From the IMG/VR virus record IMGVR_UViG_3300030329_004361, positions 1 to 42,784 of that record: DNA of 42,784 nucleotides; one strand, given 5' to 3'. Under the pieces are notes generated by a model. That model was not told the DNA's origin. It saw only the letters and a program-made list of their open reading frames with translations, and ran no database searches. Shown in pieces: positions 18,865 through 26,286 of this stretch. The DNA is from a virus. Lineage: Duplodnaviria > Caudoviricetes. Numbering within the stretch: position 1 is the first letter of the stretch; each line of letters starts with the position of its first letter. Both the position numbers and the translations under genes were made by a program.

Positions 18865-19396
18865 ACTCGCCGTCTCCCATCCTCATGGACACGGAGTTGG
18901 TCTCTACGGGTATGGAATTATTCCTTATCCATGTGTCCCTCTTCGCCTTTTCCCCCTCGGTCCAGTTCTCGCGAGAGAGTATTTCGCTTGGCGGCAATCC
19001 ATGTATCACGCTATTGATTCTCCCCCGCCTACCAAACGGGGAACCATTGCGAACGTATTCTCTCTCTACATCCACTTGCCTCTCGGACCAAGTTGCGCGA
19101 TTGCTGTTGAACCTGAACACGCCTATTGGCCTCGCCAGCGTCACTGTATCATTGTCGATGATGCTGTTGTATTCATCGACGGAAACATTCACGGGAGGGC
19201 TGGCAAGCCAAACGCCATCCACAACCCAGCCAGAAGCAGTCTCATCCGAATACGGGATGGCTGACCGCACTCGGTAGGCTGGCCGATTGAACAACACCTG
19301 CTTCAAAATTCTTACATACTGATATCGAAACGTGCTGTTCCCATAAACATTGAACAGGCGTTTTACAGTTGCTATCTCTCCGGGCAGGTATGTCAC
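18419..19396 (-). CDS. Hypothetical protein
   Basis: ATGA-coupled to the upstream gene. First ~180 aa look globular; the tail overlaps the HNH gene. Confidence 0.55.
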   Translation of the reverse strand: MTYLPGEIATVKRLFNVYGNSTFRYQYVRILKQVLFNRPAYRVRSAIPYSDETASGWVVDGVWLASPPVNVSVDEYNSIIDNDTVTLARPIGVFRFNSNRATWSERQVDVEREYVRNGSPFGRRGRINSVIHGLPPSEILSRENWTEGEKAKRDTWIRNNSIPVETNSVSMRMGDGEYDGSWCWSISVKKKDKEQKYDKAVRRTDEERVEAQGADIDSNKGGDALEVPRLQVLQAFLGISQVEHEDPERACQQMQEVQERERSLGEGQRQAAGTGVRIQGEDEEGEPGEIPLHEQGENASVPGGEDWEAEEADFLPDVREEGETY

Positions 19397-19776
19397 TCTT
19401 CGTCCTCCTCTGAAAATCCATCAAAATTGAAGGGAGCCTCAATGATCACTGGCGTATGCGGACCCTGTTCGAGTCCGCGAAGCCCATCCATAACAGCCCC
19501 CACCGCCTCGGCTGGAATGTTGTCAGACTCCATGAGTTCCACCATCTTCGCCGCGTCATATACGAGTGCGGAGGATCGGCCATGCGTCTCCAGTTGCACG
19601 CCTATAACACATTCGTCGAACCCAATTATTCTCACCAACTCCTGCTTCAGCCGAGACCCGTCTCCAAACTCAATCTCGCAAACTCCGTGCTCTACAACCA
19701 AGGACTCATCAAGTTCCTGCTCTTCTTCTGTGGGTTCCCACTGATCTTTGCCGTTGTTTGTTGCTGCCATGATCAT
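19393..19776 (-). CDS. Conserved phage hypothetical protein
   Basis: 127 aa with a 'GFDECVIGV...VYDAAKMVELM...GPHTPVII' pattern recurrent in environmental phages. Confidence 0.7.
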   Translation of the reverse strand: MIMAATNNGKDQWEPTEEEQELDESLVVEHGVCEIEFGDGSRLKQELVRIIGFDECVIGVQLETHGRSSALVYDAAKMVELMESDNIPAEAVGAVMDGLRGLEQGPHTPVIIEAPFNFDGFSEEDEE

Positions 19777-20024
19777 ACCTTTGTCTCCCTGTCCATTGGC
19801 GAAACGCCCATTTCATAAGAATCGTGCGGCCCGGAATCCCCACACGAATCACATTTCTCAATGAGTCCTTCAATCGTGTTCGGGGTTTTCATCCTCATGA
19901 ACGATCCGCAGGCCCGGCAATACACCTTCAGGCGTTCCCGCATCTTCTCCAGATTTTCTACCTGACTGACCCTCCTTTGGTAGGACTTCCACTGTGGCGT
20001 CTCCCTCCAAGATTGGCTGCTCAT
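19773..20024 (-). CDS. Zinc-ribbon protein
   Basis: AAAGGAGCACAGCAG-ATG RBS, CRAC...CDSC, stop overlaps the next ATG. Confidence 0.65.
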   Translation of the reverse strand: MSSQSWRETPQWKSYQRRVSQVENLEKMRERLKVYCRACGSFMRMKTPNTIEGLIEKCDSCGDSGPHDSYEMGVSPMDRETKV

Positions 20025-20568
20025 CTGCTGTGCTCCTTTCGTGTTCAATGACTTCCGCTGTTATTTCGGGGACCATTTGCTTCATGCGTTCACTGATCTT
20101 CTCCAGACGCCTCGACGGGTCAGCGTCCGCCGTGACGGTTTCCACCTCAATCTGCTTGGGACTCTCAGCACCCCAGATCCGCCGGATGTCCTCCAGAGCC
20201 TTCAGGGCGCTGGACAGGAACTGGGAGTTGCCGCTGGATTGGCTGGTGGTCGTCTCCCGGTAGACCCCGTCCTTGGTGTCCCTCTCATGGACAACGACCT
20301 TCTCACCCTTGGAATCGTGCCATGCGGACATGGCCTCCATCGCAATGTGACGCAGGGTCTCCGTCTGCCCGGACTTGATCCTGACCACGTTGTCGGACAG
20401 GTCCTGATAGATCGCCTTCTCGATCCTCTTGAACTGCTTGGAGACCGTGTTCGGGTGGATTGCCAGAACCTCCGCAGCGGCACGCTGGGTGGTCCTGTGC
20501 TGGACGTACTTCTCGTACTCGTCGAGCAGAGCCTGAGATGGCCTCCACTCCGTATTACTACCTGCCAT
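19870..20568 (-). CDS. terS: Terminase small subunit (HTH)
   Basis: N-terminal HTH 'TQRAAAEVLAIHPNTVSKQF', helical core, 'IRRIWGAESPKQIEV'. Upstream of terL. Confidence 0.7.
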   Translation of the reverse strand: MAGSNTEWRPSQALLDEYEKYVQHRTTQRAAAEVLAIHPNTVSKQFKRIEKAIYQDLSDNVVRIKSGQTETLRHIAMEAMSAWHDSKGEKVVVHERDTKDGVYRETTTSQSSGNSQFLSSALKALEDIRRIWGAESPKQIEVETVTADADPSRRLEKISERMKQMVPEITAEVIEHERSTADEQPILEGDATVEVLPKEGQSGRKSGEDAGTPEGVLPGLRIVHEDENPEHD

Positions 20569-21034
20569 CTAGGTACCCCCGGCACTTGGCCCAGTACTGG
20601 TCGGTCCCACGCTTGCTCGGGCCACCATTATGGAGCCTACAAAGCTCCTCCGCAGACCAAGGCAGGCCGGTCGCGTACCGATGCCAGTACGCCAGCATGA
20701 CCCGCTTTGCGACCTCCACGTCCTTCACCTGCTCGTACTCCAGACCCGCCAGAGACGGATCGTGCTCCACGGCATCCAAGAAGTAGGGTTCTTGGATCTG
20801 CATTGGCCCCAGAGACCTCCCACCATCACCCACGGCGTTGGGCGGGTCTGGGTGGCCCCCGGTCTCTGCCAGCCTGATGGCCCGGAATACGTCCTCCAGA
20901 CCGATCAGGTCAGGGCCAGAAGCCTCCTCTACGGGCTGAGAATCGACCTCCACCACGGCGTGCTCATGCCCGTGAAAGGCCAACCACGCCAACGAGGACG
21001 ACAGGGCGGCAGCTAACAGCAGAATCTTGGTCAT
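20558..21034 (-). CDS. Lysozyme-fold endolysin (i-type/destabilase-like) with N-terminal signal/anchor
   Basis: 'AIRLAETGG...GDGGRSLGPMQIQEPYFLDA...RLHNGGP...YWAK'. Hydrophobic N-terminus from ATG 21034 with AAGGGAG RBS. Confidence 0.8.
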   Translation of the reverse strand: MTKILLLAAALSSSLAWLAFHGHEHAVVEVDSQPVEEASGPDLIGLEDVFRAIRLAETGGHPDPPNAVGDGGRSLGPMQIQEPYFLDAVEHDPSLAGLEYEQVKDVEVAKRVMLAYWHRYATGLPWSAEELCRLHNGGPSKRGTDQYWAKCRGYLDGR

Positions 21035-21104
21035 TTCGTGCTCCCTTGTAAGATGTGTACCACTGTATCGGCTGATTTTACCCCAAGCGATAAAAAATTC
21101 CAAT

Positions 21105-21629
21105 CTTTCGCTTAGCTTTCGCTTATCTTTCGCTTAGCTTCCGCTAAACTTCCGAACCATGGTGTAGCAGAGACGCAGAGGGCGCAGAATGCGCACAATG
21201 CGCAGAATTGCCGCATTGAATGAAAAACCCGGTTGAGGGTTATTCACGAAGGTGTAGCAGAGACGCAGAGTAGCAGAGGGTGCAGAGTCTTAGAGTCTTA
21301 GAAGTCATGACTCTGCTCTCTCTGCACTCTCTGCTACACCCCGGCTACTACCCGGCTACTACCCGGCTAAACCCGGCTGAAGTGGATACGGGGTGGATAT
21401 GAGGTGGATATGCTACTGGGCATGCCCACCAGCCAGAAAGCGGCCTCAGACCTCGTCAGTGGGGTTTTTGGGACCACCAAGTGGGCATGCCCACCCCGTA
21501 TCCACCCCGTATCCACCTCATATCCACCTCATATCCACCTCATAACCACCCCCCGTAAAACCCGTCACCTAGCTGTCGGGTTTTATCTACTCCCAGCCTA
21601 CTCCCAGCCTACTGACAAGCTACCCCCCC
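21105..21629. repeat. Cluster of unrelated short tandem repeat families (9- and 11-bp period), some with inverted copies
   Basis: CTTTCGCTTAG-type x5, GCAGAG/GCGCAGAAT series, CCCGGCTACTA x4, GTGGATA x3 with inverted TATCCAC x4-5, CTACTCCCAGC-type x4. Confidence 0.9.
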
Positions 21630-21898
21630 TTCTCAAAATTTGCGCGCAACGAGCGGGAAAACGCTACCTCCCCTAAGCCGGTTCCTGAACGGGGTGCAGG
21701 GTCAGAGGCAGAAGCGGAGCACGCTCGCGCGGCGACGTACGAAAAGAATTTTTTGGGACTCCGAAGGCATAGGCTATACCCCGCGCGATCCTCATAACGC
21801 GATGAGACCGGCCCAGATCCAGCCCTGGCGGTGATTCGATCGTTGCGATTCCCGATTTCCGCTGCGCCAGATACCGCTTTCTTCTGGAAGCGGTATCT

Positions 21899-22083
<185 letters not shown>

Positions 22084-22343
22084 GGCAGGCTAGGTGGTGC
22101 ATCAATATGAGTGCAGTTCCATCATCCCCCCGCCCAGACTTAGTCTGCCGCCAGATTCAGACCACGTCAAGCCACTGGGACACAACCAGCGTATTCCTGC
22201 GGAAGCAGCACCGCAGCGTCCCGGCGGCGGCTGAATCTGGGAATATTCAGGATTGGTGAAAATTATTTTCACTTGCCGCTATCCCTGCCCTGATCAGGGT
22301 TTGCGTCTGCCGGAGGGGCTGGATTGGTGCGTTTCCCCTCGTT

Positions 22344-22377
22344 TTGTCATTGACAATGGGTGAAGAGGCTCTATGCT
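22344..22377 (+). promoter_or_regulatory. Sigma70-type early promoter with overlapping inverted repeat
   Basis: TTGACA (22350-22355), 16 nt, TATGCT (22372-22377). TTGTCA-T-TGACAA palindrome covers the -35. Confidence 0.7.
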
Positions 22378-22383
22378 TCAGGC

Positions 22384-22702
22384 CGATGAGTTGGTTGGCA
22401 GGGTGACCCAGTCACCGACAACATGGGATGCAAACGGGCCGAACATGAGGGCAACCTCGAAACCGGCAACCTGCGTTTGGAGCCGCAAAGACACCGGCAA
22501 GCAGGCCAATGCAAAGTCCACGGTGAGAGGATCACCGGCACCCCTGATCAAACCCAGACGCTCACTACCCGCAAGGGGAAACGCTTCGGCCAAGGCGAGG
22601 CACCGCCTGGGGATAAACAATAGATCGCTGCCCCGTGGCATGAGCAGCGTGCAACAACAAAACCACTTGCAGCGACCGGCCTGACGGCTGGTCGCTGTTT
22701 TC
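22384..22702 (+). ncRNA. Candidate structured non-coding leader RNA (~320 nt)
   Basis: Lies between the promoter and a terminator-like hairpin. Many short stems with GNRA loops. No ORF with the operon's RBS motif. Confidence 0.5.
22669..22702 (+). terminator. Intergenic hairpin element copy 0 (terminator-like)
   Basis: GCAGCGACCGGC-CTGACG-GCTGGTCGCTGT-TTTC. Confidence 0.7.
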
Positions 22703-22742
22703 ACCGGCAGTGAAGCGGAGGTTCTCGCCCACTATTCCAGCA

Positions 22743-22825
22743 ACTGACCACAACCGCGCTGCACCTCGACGGGTGCAGGGCGGCTTTCACACCAACCGCC
22801 GGTACGACCGGCAAGGAGCAGCACG
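22743..22825 (+). repeat. Intergenic double-hairpin/RBS element copy 1
   Basis: CCGCGCTGCACC-TCGACG-GGTGCAGGGCGG-CTTTC...GCCGGTACGACCGGC-AAGGAGCAGCACG-ATG. Confidence 0.85.
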
Positions 22826-23113
22826 ATGAAAAAGCTGTGCATAGATCTTCGCCACGAGCCGACGATCACCGAGCATCTCAGTGCTTACCATCCCGGCGAG
22901 CACTACGAGATTGTGGATATTCGCGGAGGCGAGGGTACCTGTGCAATCGAGGCTGATGACGCCCTGCTCGACGCCGTGAGACAGTTTCTCGCCTCATGGC
23001 GGCTGGGGTGCTGGGACCACGTCTACGATCACCCCGACGAGGACGAGGATATTGATATTGCACGCTGGGACTGGGAGAGGGCGAATCCCCACCGGCCCCG
23101 GTACTACGACTGA
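22826..23113 (+). CDS. Small acidic early protein
   Basis: 95 aa with AAGGAGCAGC RBS. Confidence 0.8.
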   Translation: MKKLCIDLRHEPTITEHLSAYHPGEHYEIVDIRGGEGTCAIEADDALLDAVRQFLASWRLGCWDHVYDHPDEDEDIDIARWDWERANPHRPRYYD

Positions 23114-23191
23114 CCACAACCGCTCCAGCCCCCTGACCGGGGCGGGGCGGCTTTCGACCGGCAATTACGCCGGGCAACAAGGAGCAGCAGC
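23114..23191 (+). repeat. Intergenic element copy 2
   Basis: CCGCTCCAGCCCC-CTGACC-GGGGCGGGGCGG-CTTTCG-ACCGGCAATTACGCCGG-GCAACAAGGAGCAGCAGC-ATG. Confidence 0.85.
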
Positions 23192-23617
23192 ATGGCGCAG
23201 GCAACAAAAACCCGGTGGCAAGATCTGATTCTCTGGGACGGCACGTCTGAGATCGGGATCACGCTGGAGTACGACGACGAGGGGTTTGAGGAGATCGTCC
23301 GCAGGTATCGCGACACGGGCGAGATCCACGGCTACTGGCTCGTCGATCCTCGCGACTACGAGGACGACGACTACGACGGCCTCGACTCGGGACCGACCCC
23401 GGACGAGATCGACTGGGAGGGCCTCGACGAGATCACGCTCGACTGGGACTTGGCGGCGGACTGGGCCGTTCCCTGCCCCGGATGCGGCGGGGAGGCCCAT
23501 CCCCTCGGCGTGCTGGGGGATCTTTGCCACTACCGCTGCCGAGACTGCGGTGGGGAGCACTCGTTGGCGCTGACAGACCACCACGCCCCGCGCCCTGGCC
23601 TGACGGCCATGCGATAG
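23192..23617 (+). CDS. Very acidic early protein with C-terminal zinc ribbon
   Basis: 141 aa, D/E-rich, CPGCGG...CRDCG. Confidence 0.8.
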   Translation: MAQATKTRWQDLILWDGTSEIGITLEYDDEGFEEIVRRYRDTGEIHGYWLVDPRDYEDDDYDGLDSGPTPDEIDWEGLDEITLDWDLAADWAVPCPGCGGEAHPLGVLGDLCHYRCRDCGGEHSLALTDHHAPRPGLTAMR

Positions 23618-23704
23618 ACCACCACCTACTCCGGCCCCGCTCAGCGGCGGGCGCCGGGGCTTCCTCCCCTCGGAATGGGCCGAGGGGCAACCAGGAGAGC
23701 AGCT
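23618..23704 (+). repeat. Intergenic element copy 3 (divergent)
   Basis: CTCCGGCCCCGC-TCAGCG-GCGGGCGCCGGGG-CTTC, second hairpin CCCCTCGG...CCGAGGGG, then CAACCAGGAGAGCAGCT-ATG. Confidence 0.75.
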
Positions 23705-23908
23705 ATGAACAGCACCAATGACCGTGGCCTCGTCCGCACCCCCGCTCAGGAGGCCGCGCACCAGCGACGGCTCAAGGTTCGGCGCCTTCGGCGGAGGTTT
23801 CCGCCCGCCCGCTACACGTCGCAGCGGTCCTACCACGGGGGGGGGCAGCACTCGATCCAGTTTTTCGATGTTGTTACCGGCGATCTCGCCGCCGACTACA
23901 ACCTCTGA
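23705..23908 (+). CDS. Small basic early protein
   Basis: 67 aa from ATG 23705 after AGGAGAGCAGC. Confidence 0.75.
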   Translation: MNSTNDRGLVRTPAQEAAHQRRLKVRRLRRRFPPARYTSQRSYHGGGQHSIQFFDVVTGDLAADYNL

Positions 23909-23978
23909 CCGCCGCCGCCCAGCCCCTCAACGGGGGCAGGGCGGATTTCACCGCAATATCGCGGGCAGGAGAGCAGCC
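23909..23978 (+). repeat. Intergenic element copy 4
   Basis: CCGCCCAGCCCC-TCAACG-GGGGCAGGGCGG-ATTTC-ACCGCAATATCGCGG-GCAGGAGAGCAGCC-ATG. Confidence 0.85.
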
Positions 23979-24290
23979 ATGCTTTCAATCAAGGTTTCGC
24001 GCGGGTATTCCGGTCGCATCACGGCGACCAGTTCTAACGGTCACCGAGCGGTGACCAGCTACGACGGGGGGAAGGGGGGTCTTGCGGAGAACTGCGCCAT
24101 CGCGGCGCAGGCGTGCATCGACAAGCACGGCCTGAAGCTCAACCTTGCGGATGCCCGCTGGACTATCGTCGATGGGCGAACAAAGCGGGGATTCATCATC
24201 TTCGCGTTTGAGCCAGTCAAGCCCTGCTGGCTGGAGAGCCTCAAGTTCGCGCGAGAGGAGATCAGCAGGGTCAACGCCGCCGCTGGGTGA
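23979..24290 (+). CDS. Early hypothetical protein
   Basis: 103 aa (MLSIKVSRGY...) from the RBS-associated ATG. Confidence 0.75.
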   Translation: MLSIKVSRGYSGRITATSSNGHRAVTSYDGGKGGLAENCAIAAQACIDKHGLKLNLADARWTIVDGRTKRGFIIFAFEPVKPCWLESLKFAREEISRVNAAAG

Positions 24291-24456
24291 CACTGGTGAC
24301 GGTGGTGACACCGATTTCCGGTTAATCCCACGAATGGTGGTGCATGGCTGTTCAACCCGCAATTAGTGGCCGAAAACGTCACAAACCCACCTGACGTGAC
24401 GGAAAGGCATTGTTTGGTGTCATCTGGTGTCACCACTGACACGACTGGTGTCACCC
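24285..24456. repeat. 172-bp segment bounded by GGGTGACAC/GTGTCACCC inverted repeats, with internal GGTGAC iterations
   Basis: GGTGACACT-GGTGACGGT-GGTGACACC on the left and three GGTGTCA copies on the right. Confidence 0.8.
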
Positions 24457-24524
24457 GCCCTGCACCCTACCGGGTGCGGGGCGGCTTTACCGGCCATGCC
24501 GCCGGGCAACAAGGAGCAGCAGCC
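24455..24524 (+). repeat. Intergenic element copy 5
   Basis: CCGCCCTGCACC-CTACCG-GGTGCGGGGCGG-CTTT-ACCGGCCATGCCGCCGG-GCAACAAGGAGCAGCAGCC-ATG. Confidence 0.85.
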
Positions 24525-25775
24525 ATGGAAAACGAGACAGTGGAGTTGACCTTCCGAGTCCGCGAGCACGACGTTGAAACGCTCAGGACGAAGGTCGCGA
24601 AGATCAACCGTCGTGCGAACAAGCTGGGCGTTGCCCCAGTCGCGGTCGAGGAAGTTGGACGCACGTTCAGCAAGCCGATCCTCGACAAGGAGCGGTCGCG
24701 GCTCGCCCGGGCGGGGTTCTGGATCGTCGAGTTCCGAGCAGTCGGCGAAGCGCCGAAGTTGCCGGGCTGGTCACTAGTTGCCCGGCTCGAACATGACCCG
24801 GCCATCGGCACGCTGGTTCACGCAGTGCCGGGTCGCGACGTGCCGAAGCGGTTTCGAGACGGCACGTTCGTCGAGGGCAAGCCGGTCTGCGATCACTGCA
24901 AGACACGACGTGTCCGCAAGGACACGTTCGTCGTCCACAACGACGACGAGGGGTTCAAGCGGGTCGGCAGGAATTGCATCGTGGACTTCCTCGGCGGACA
25001 GTCTGCCGAGGACGTGCTGCGGCGTTTGTCGTGGTTTGCGGACTGGACCTCTGACCTCGGTGCGTTGGACTTCGACGAGGAGTCCGACGATCGCGAGTGG
25101 TCGAACGATCCACGCTTCGATCACTTCGACCTGGAAGTTCTCCTGGCCAAGGTCGTGCGAGTGATCCACGCCGAGGGCTGGTGCAGCCGAGGCGAGGCAC
25201 GGGACGCGGACAAGCTGGCGACCGTGGACTGGGCGGTCACGTTGTTGACCGCTAAGAACCTCAAGCTCACGCCGGAGGACGTGGAACGCTTCACCGTGAC
25301 CGATCAGGACGTGGCCGATGCCAAGGCCGCGATCGACTGGGCTGCTGGCCTGCCCGGCGAGTCCGACTTCGAGAGCAACATCTCGAAGATAGCGAGAGCC
25401 GGGATCACGTCGATGCGTTCGATCGGTCTGGCCGGGGCGATCCCGACGGCTCACGCTCGGCACCTCGAACGCGAGGTGAAGCGGAAGTTCGAGCGAGAAT
25501 CCACGCTCGACGAGTTCTTCGGGGCGGTCGGTGAGAAGATCAACCGGAAGCTGACGATCCTCGCGATCAAAACGATGGAGTCGCAGTGGGGCGTCACGAC
25601 GCTCTTCAACTTCCGCGACGATGATGGTCGCTTGTTCTCTTGGTTCTCGTCCATCGACCGGATCGACGAGAAGTTCAAGGTCGGGCAGGACGTGACGGCA
25701 AAGGCCACGATCAAGAAGCACGACAAGTTCAAGGGCGTGCGGCAGACGATGATCACCCGGGCCAAGCTGGCCTGA
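24525..25775 (+). CDS. Zinc-binding, OB-fold-like nucleic-acid-binding phage protein
   Basis: 416 aa with 'CDHCKTRRVR...VGRNC' and a C-terminal OB-like 'GAVGEK...FRDDDGRLFSWFSS...ATIKKHDKFKGVRQT'. Confidence 0.75.
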   Translation: MENETVELTFRVREHDVETLRTKVAKINRRANKLGVAPVAVEEVGRTFSKPILDKERSRLARAGFWIVEFRAVGEAPKLPGWSLVARLEHDPAIGTLVHAVPGRDVPKRFRDGTFVEGKPVCDHCKTRRVRKDTFVVHNDDEGFKRVGRNCIVDFLGGQSAEDVLRRLSWFADWTSDLGALDFDEESDDREWSNDPRFDHFDLEVLLAKVVRVIHAEGWCSRGEARDADKLATVDWAVTLLTAKNLKLTPEDVERFTVTDQDVADAKAAIDWAAGLPGESDFESNISKIARAGITSMRSIGLAGAIPTAHARHLEREVKRKFERESTLDEFFGAVGEKINRKLTILAIKTMESQWGVTTLFNFRDDDGRLFSWFSSIDRIDEKFKVGQDVTAKATIKKHDKFKGVRQTMITRAKLA

Positions 25776-25882
25776 CCCCCGCACCCTCCCTTGACGGGGA
25801 GGGGCGGGTTTGGCATTGACAAAGCATTGTGGTATCATGTACCCACAAGACCGGCAATTACGCCGGGCAAAGGAGCAGCAGC
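25776..25882 (+). repeat. Intergenic element copy 6 with an internal promoter
   Basis: CCCGCACCCTCCC-TTGACG-GGGAGGGGCGGG-TTT. The ACCGGCAATTACGCCGGGCAA 21-mer is identical to copy 2. Confidence 0.8.
25810..25838 (+). promoter_or_regulatory. Second early promoter
   Basis: TTGGCA, 17 nt, TATCAT with an extended TG. Contains TTGGCATTGACAA, one mismatch from the motif at 22344. Confidence 0.55.
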
Positions 25883-26092
25883 ATGTTTTTGAGATTGGAA
25901 TGGGACAAGCGGTCGGAAGTGGAGCGAAGCCAAGACGGTCGGCGAGTTGTTTTCGCCGTGCCAGTCGAAGGCGACGTGAGCAATACGGAGATGCTTGAGG
26001 CGGTCGCCGGTCAGATCACGACGGCCAACGTCGAGGGCATCAAGAGATTGGGTACGACCAAGGGTCTGGTTCTCGTCTACGTCCGGCAATAA
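25883..26092 (+). CDS. Small early protein
   Basis: 69 aa (MFLRLEWD...) with AAGGAGCAGCAGC RBS. Confidence 0.75.
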   Translation: MFLRLEWDKRSEVERSQDGRRVVFAVPVEGDVSNTEMLEAVAGQITTANVEGIKRLGTTKGLVLVYVRQ

Positions 26093-26115
26093 CGTCGGGA
26101 AAAAGGAGCAGCAGC

Positions 26116-26286
26116 ATGCGAATCATCATGACAGCGGCGGTCCTCGCGACCGCCATAGCGTCACAGGGTTGCGGGACCGTGCGTGCGACGTTGGACGCCT
26201 ACAGATCTGTCACGAACGCGGCGGTTGACGACCTGCTTGCAGCGGTCGATGGCGTTGCCGACAGGGAGGATGACGATGCCCGATGA
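26116..26286 (+). CDS. Small lipoprotein (entericidin-like)
   Basis: Not in the ORF track. MRIIMTAAVLATAIASQGCGTVRATLDAYRSVTNAAVDDLLAAVDGVADREDDDAR*, with AAGGAGCAGCAGC RBS and SQG-C lipobox. Confidence 0.7.
   Translation: MRIIMTAAVLATAIASQGCGTVRATLDAYRSVTNAAVDDLLAAVDGVADREDDDAR

Noticed and set aside
22383-22463. Possible hammerhead ribozyme (CCGATGAG ... CTCGAAAC)
   Set aside because: The core deviates from CUGANGA, and I could not build stems I and III with a cleavage triplet.
22669-25808. Canonical integron attC sites or IS200/IS605/REP ends
   Set aside because: No RYYYAAC/GTTRRRY boxes, no GTAG-type REP tetranucleotide, and no HUH transposase or TnpB in the genome.
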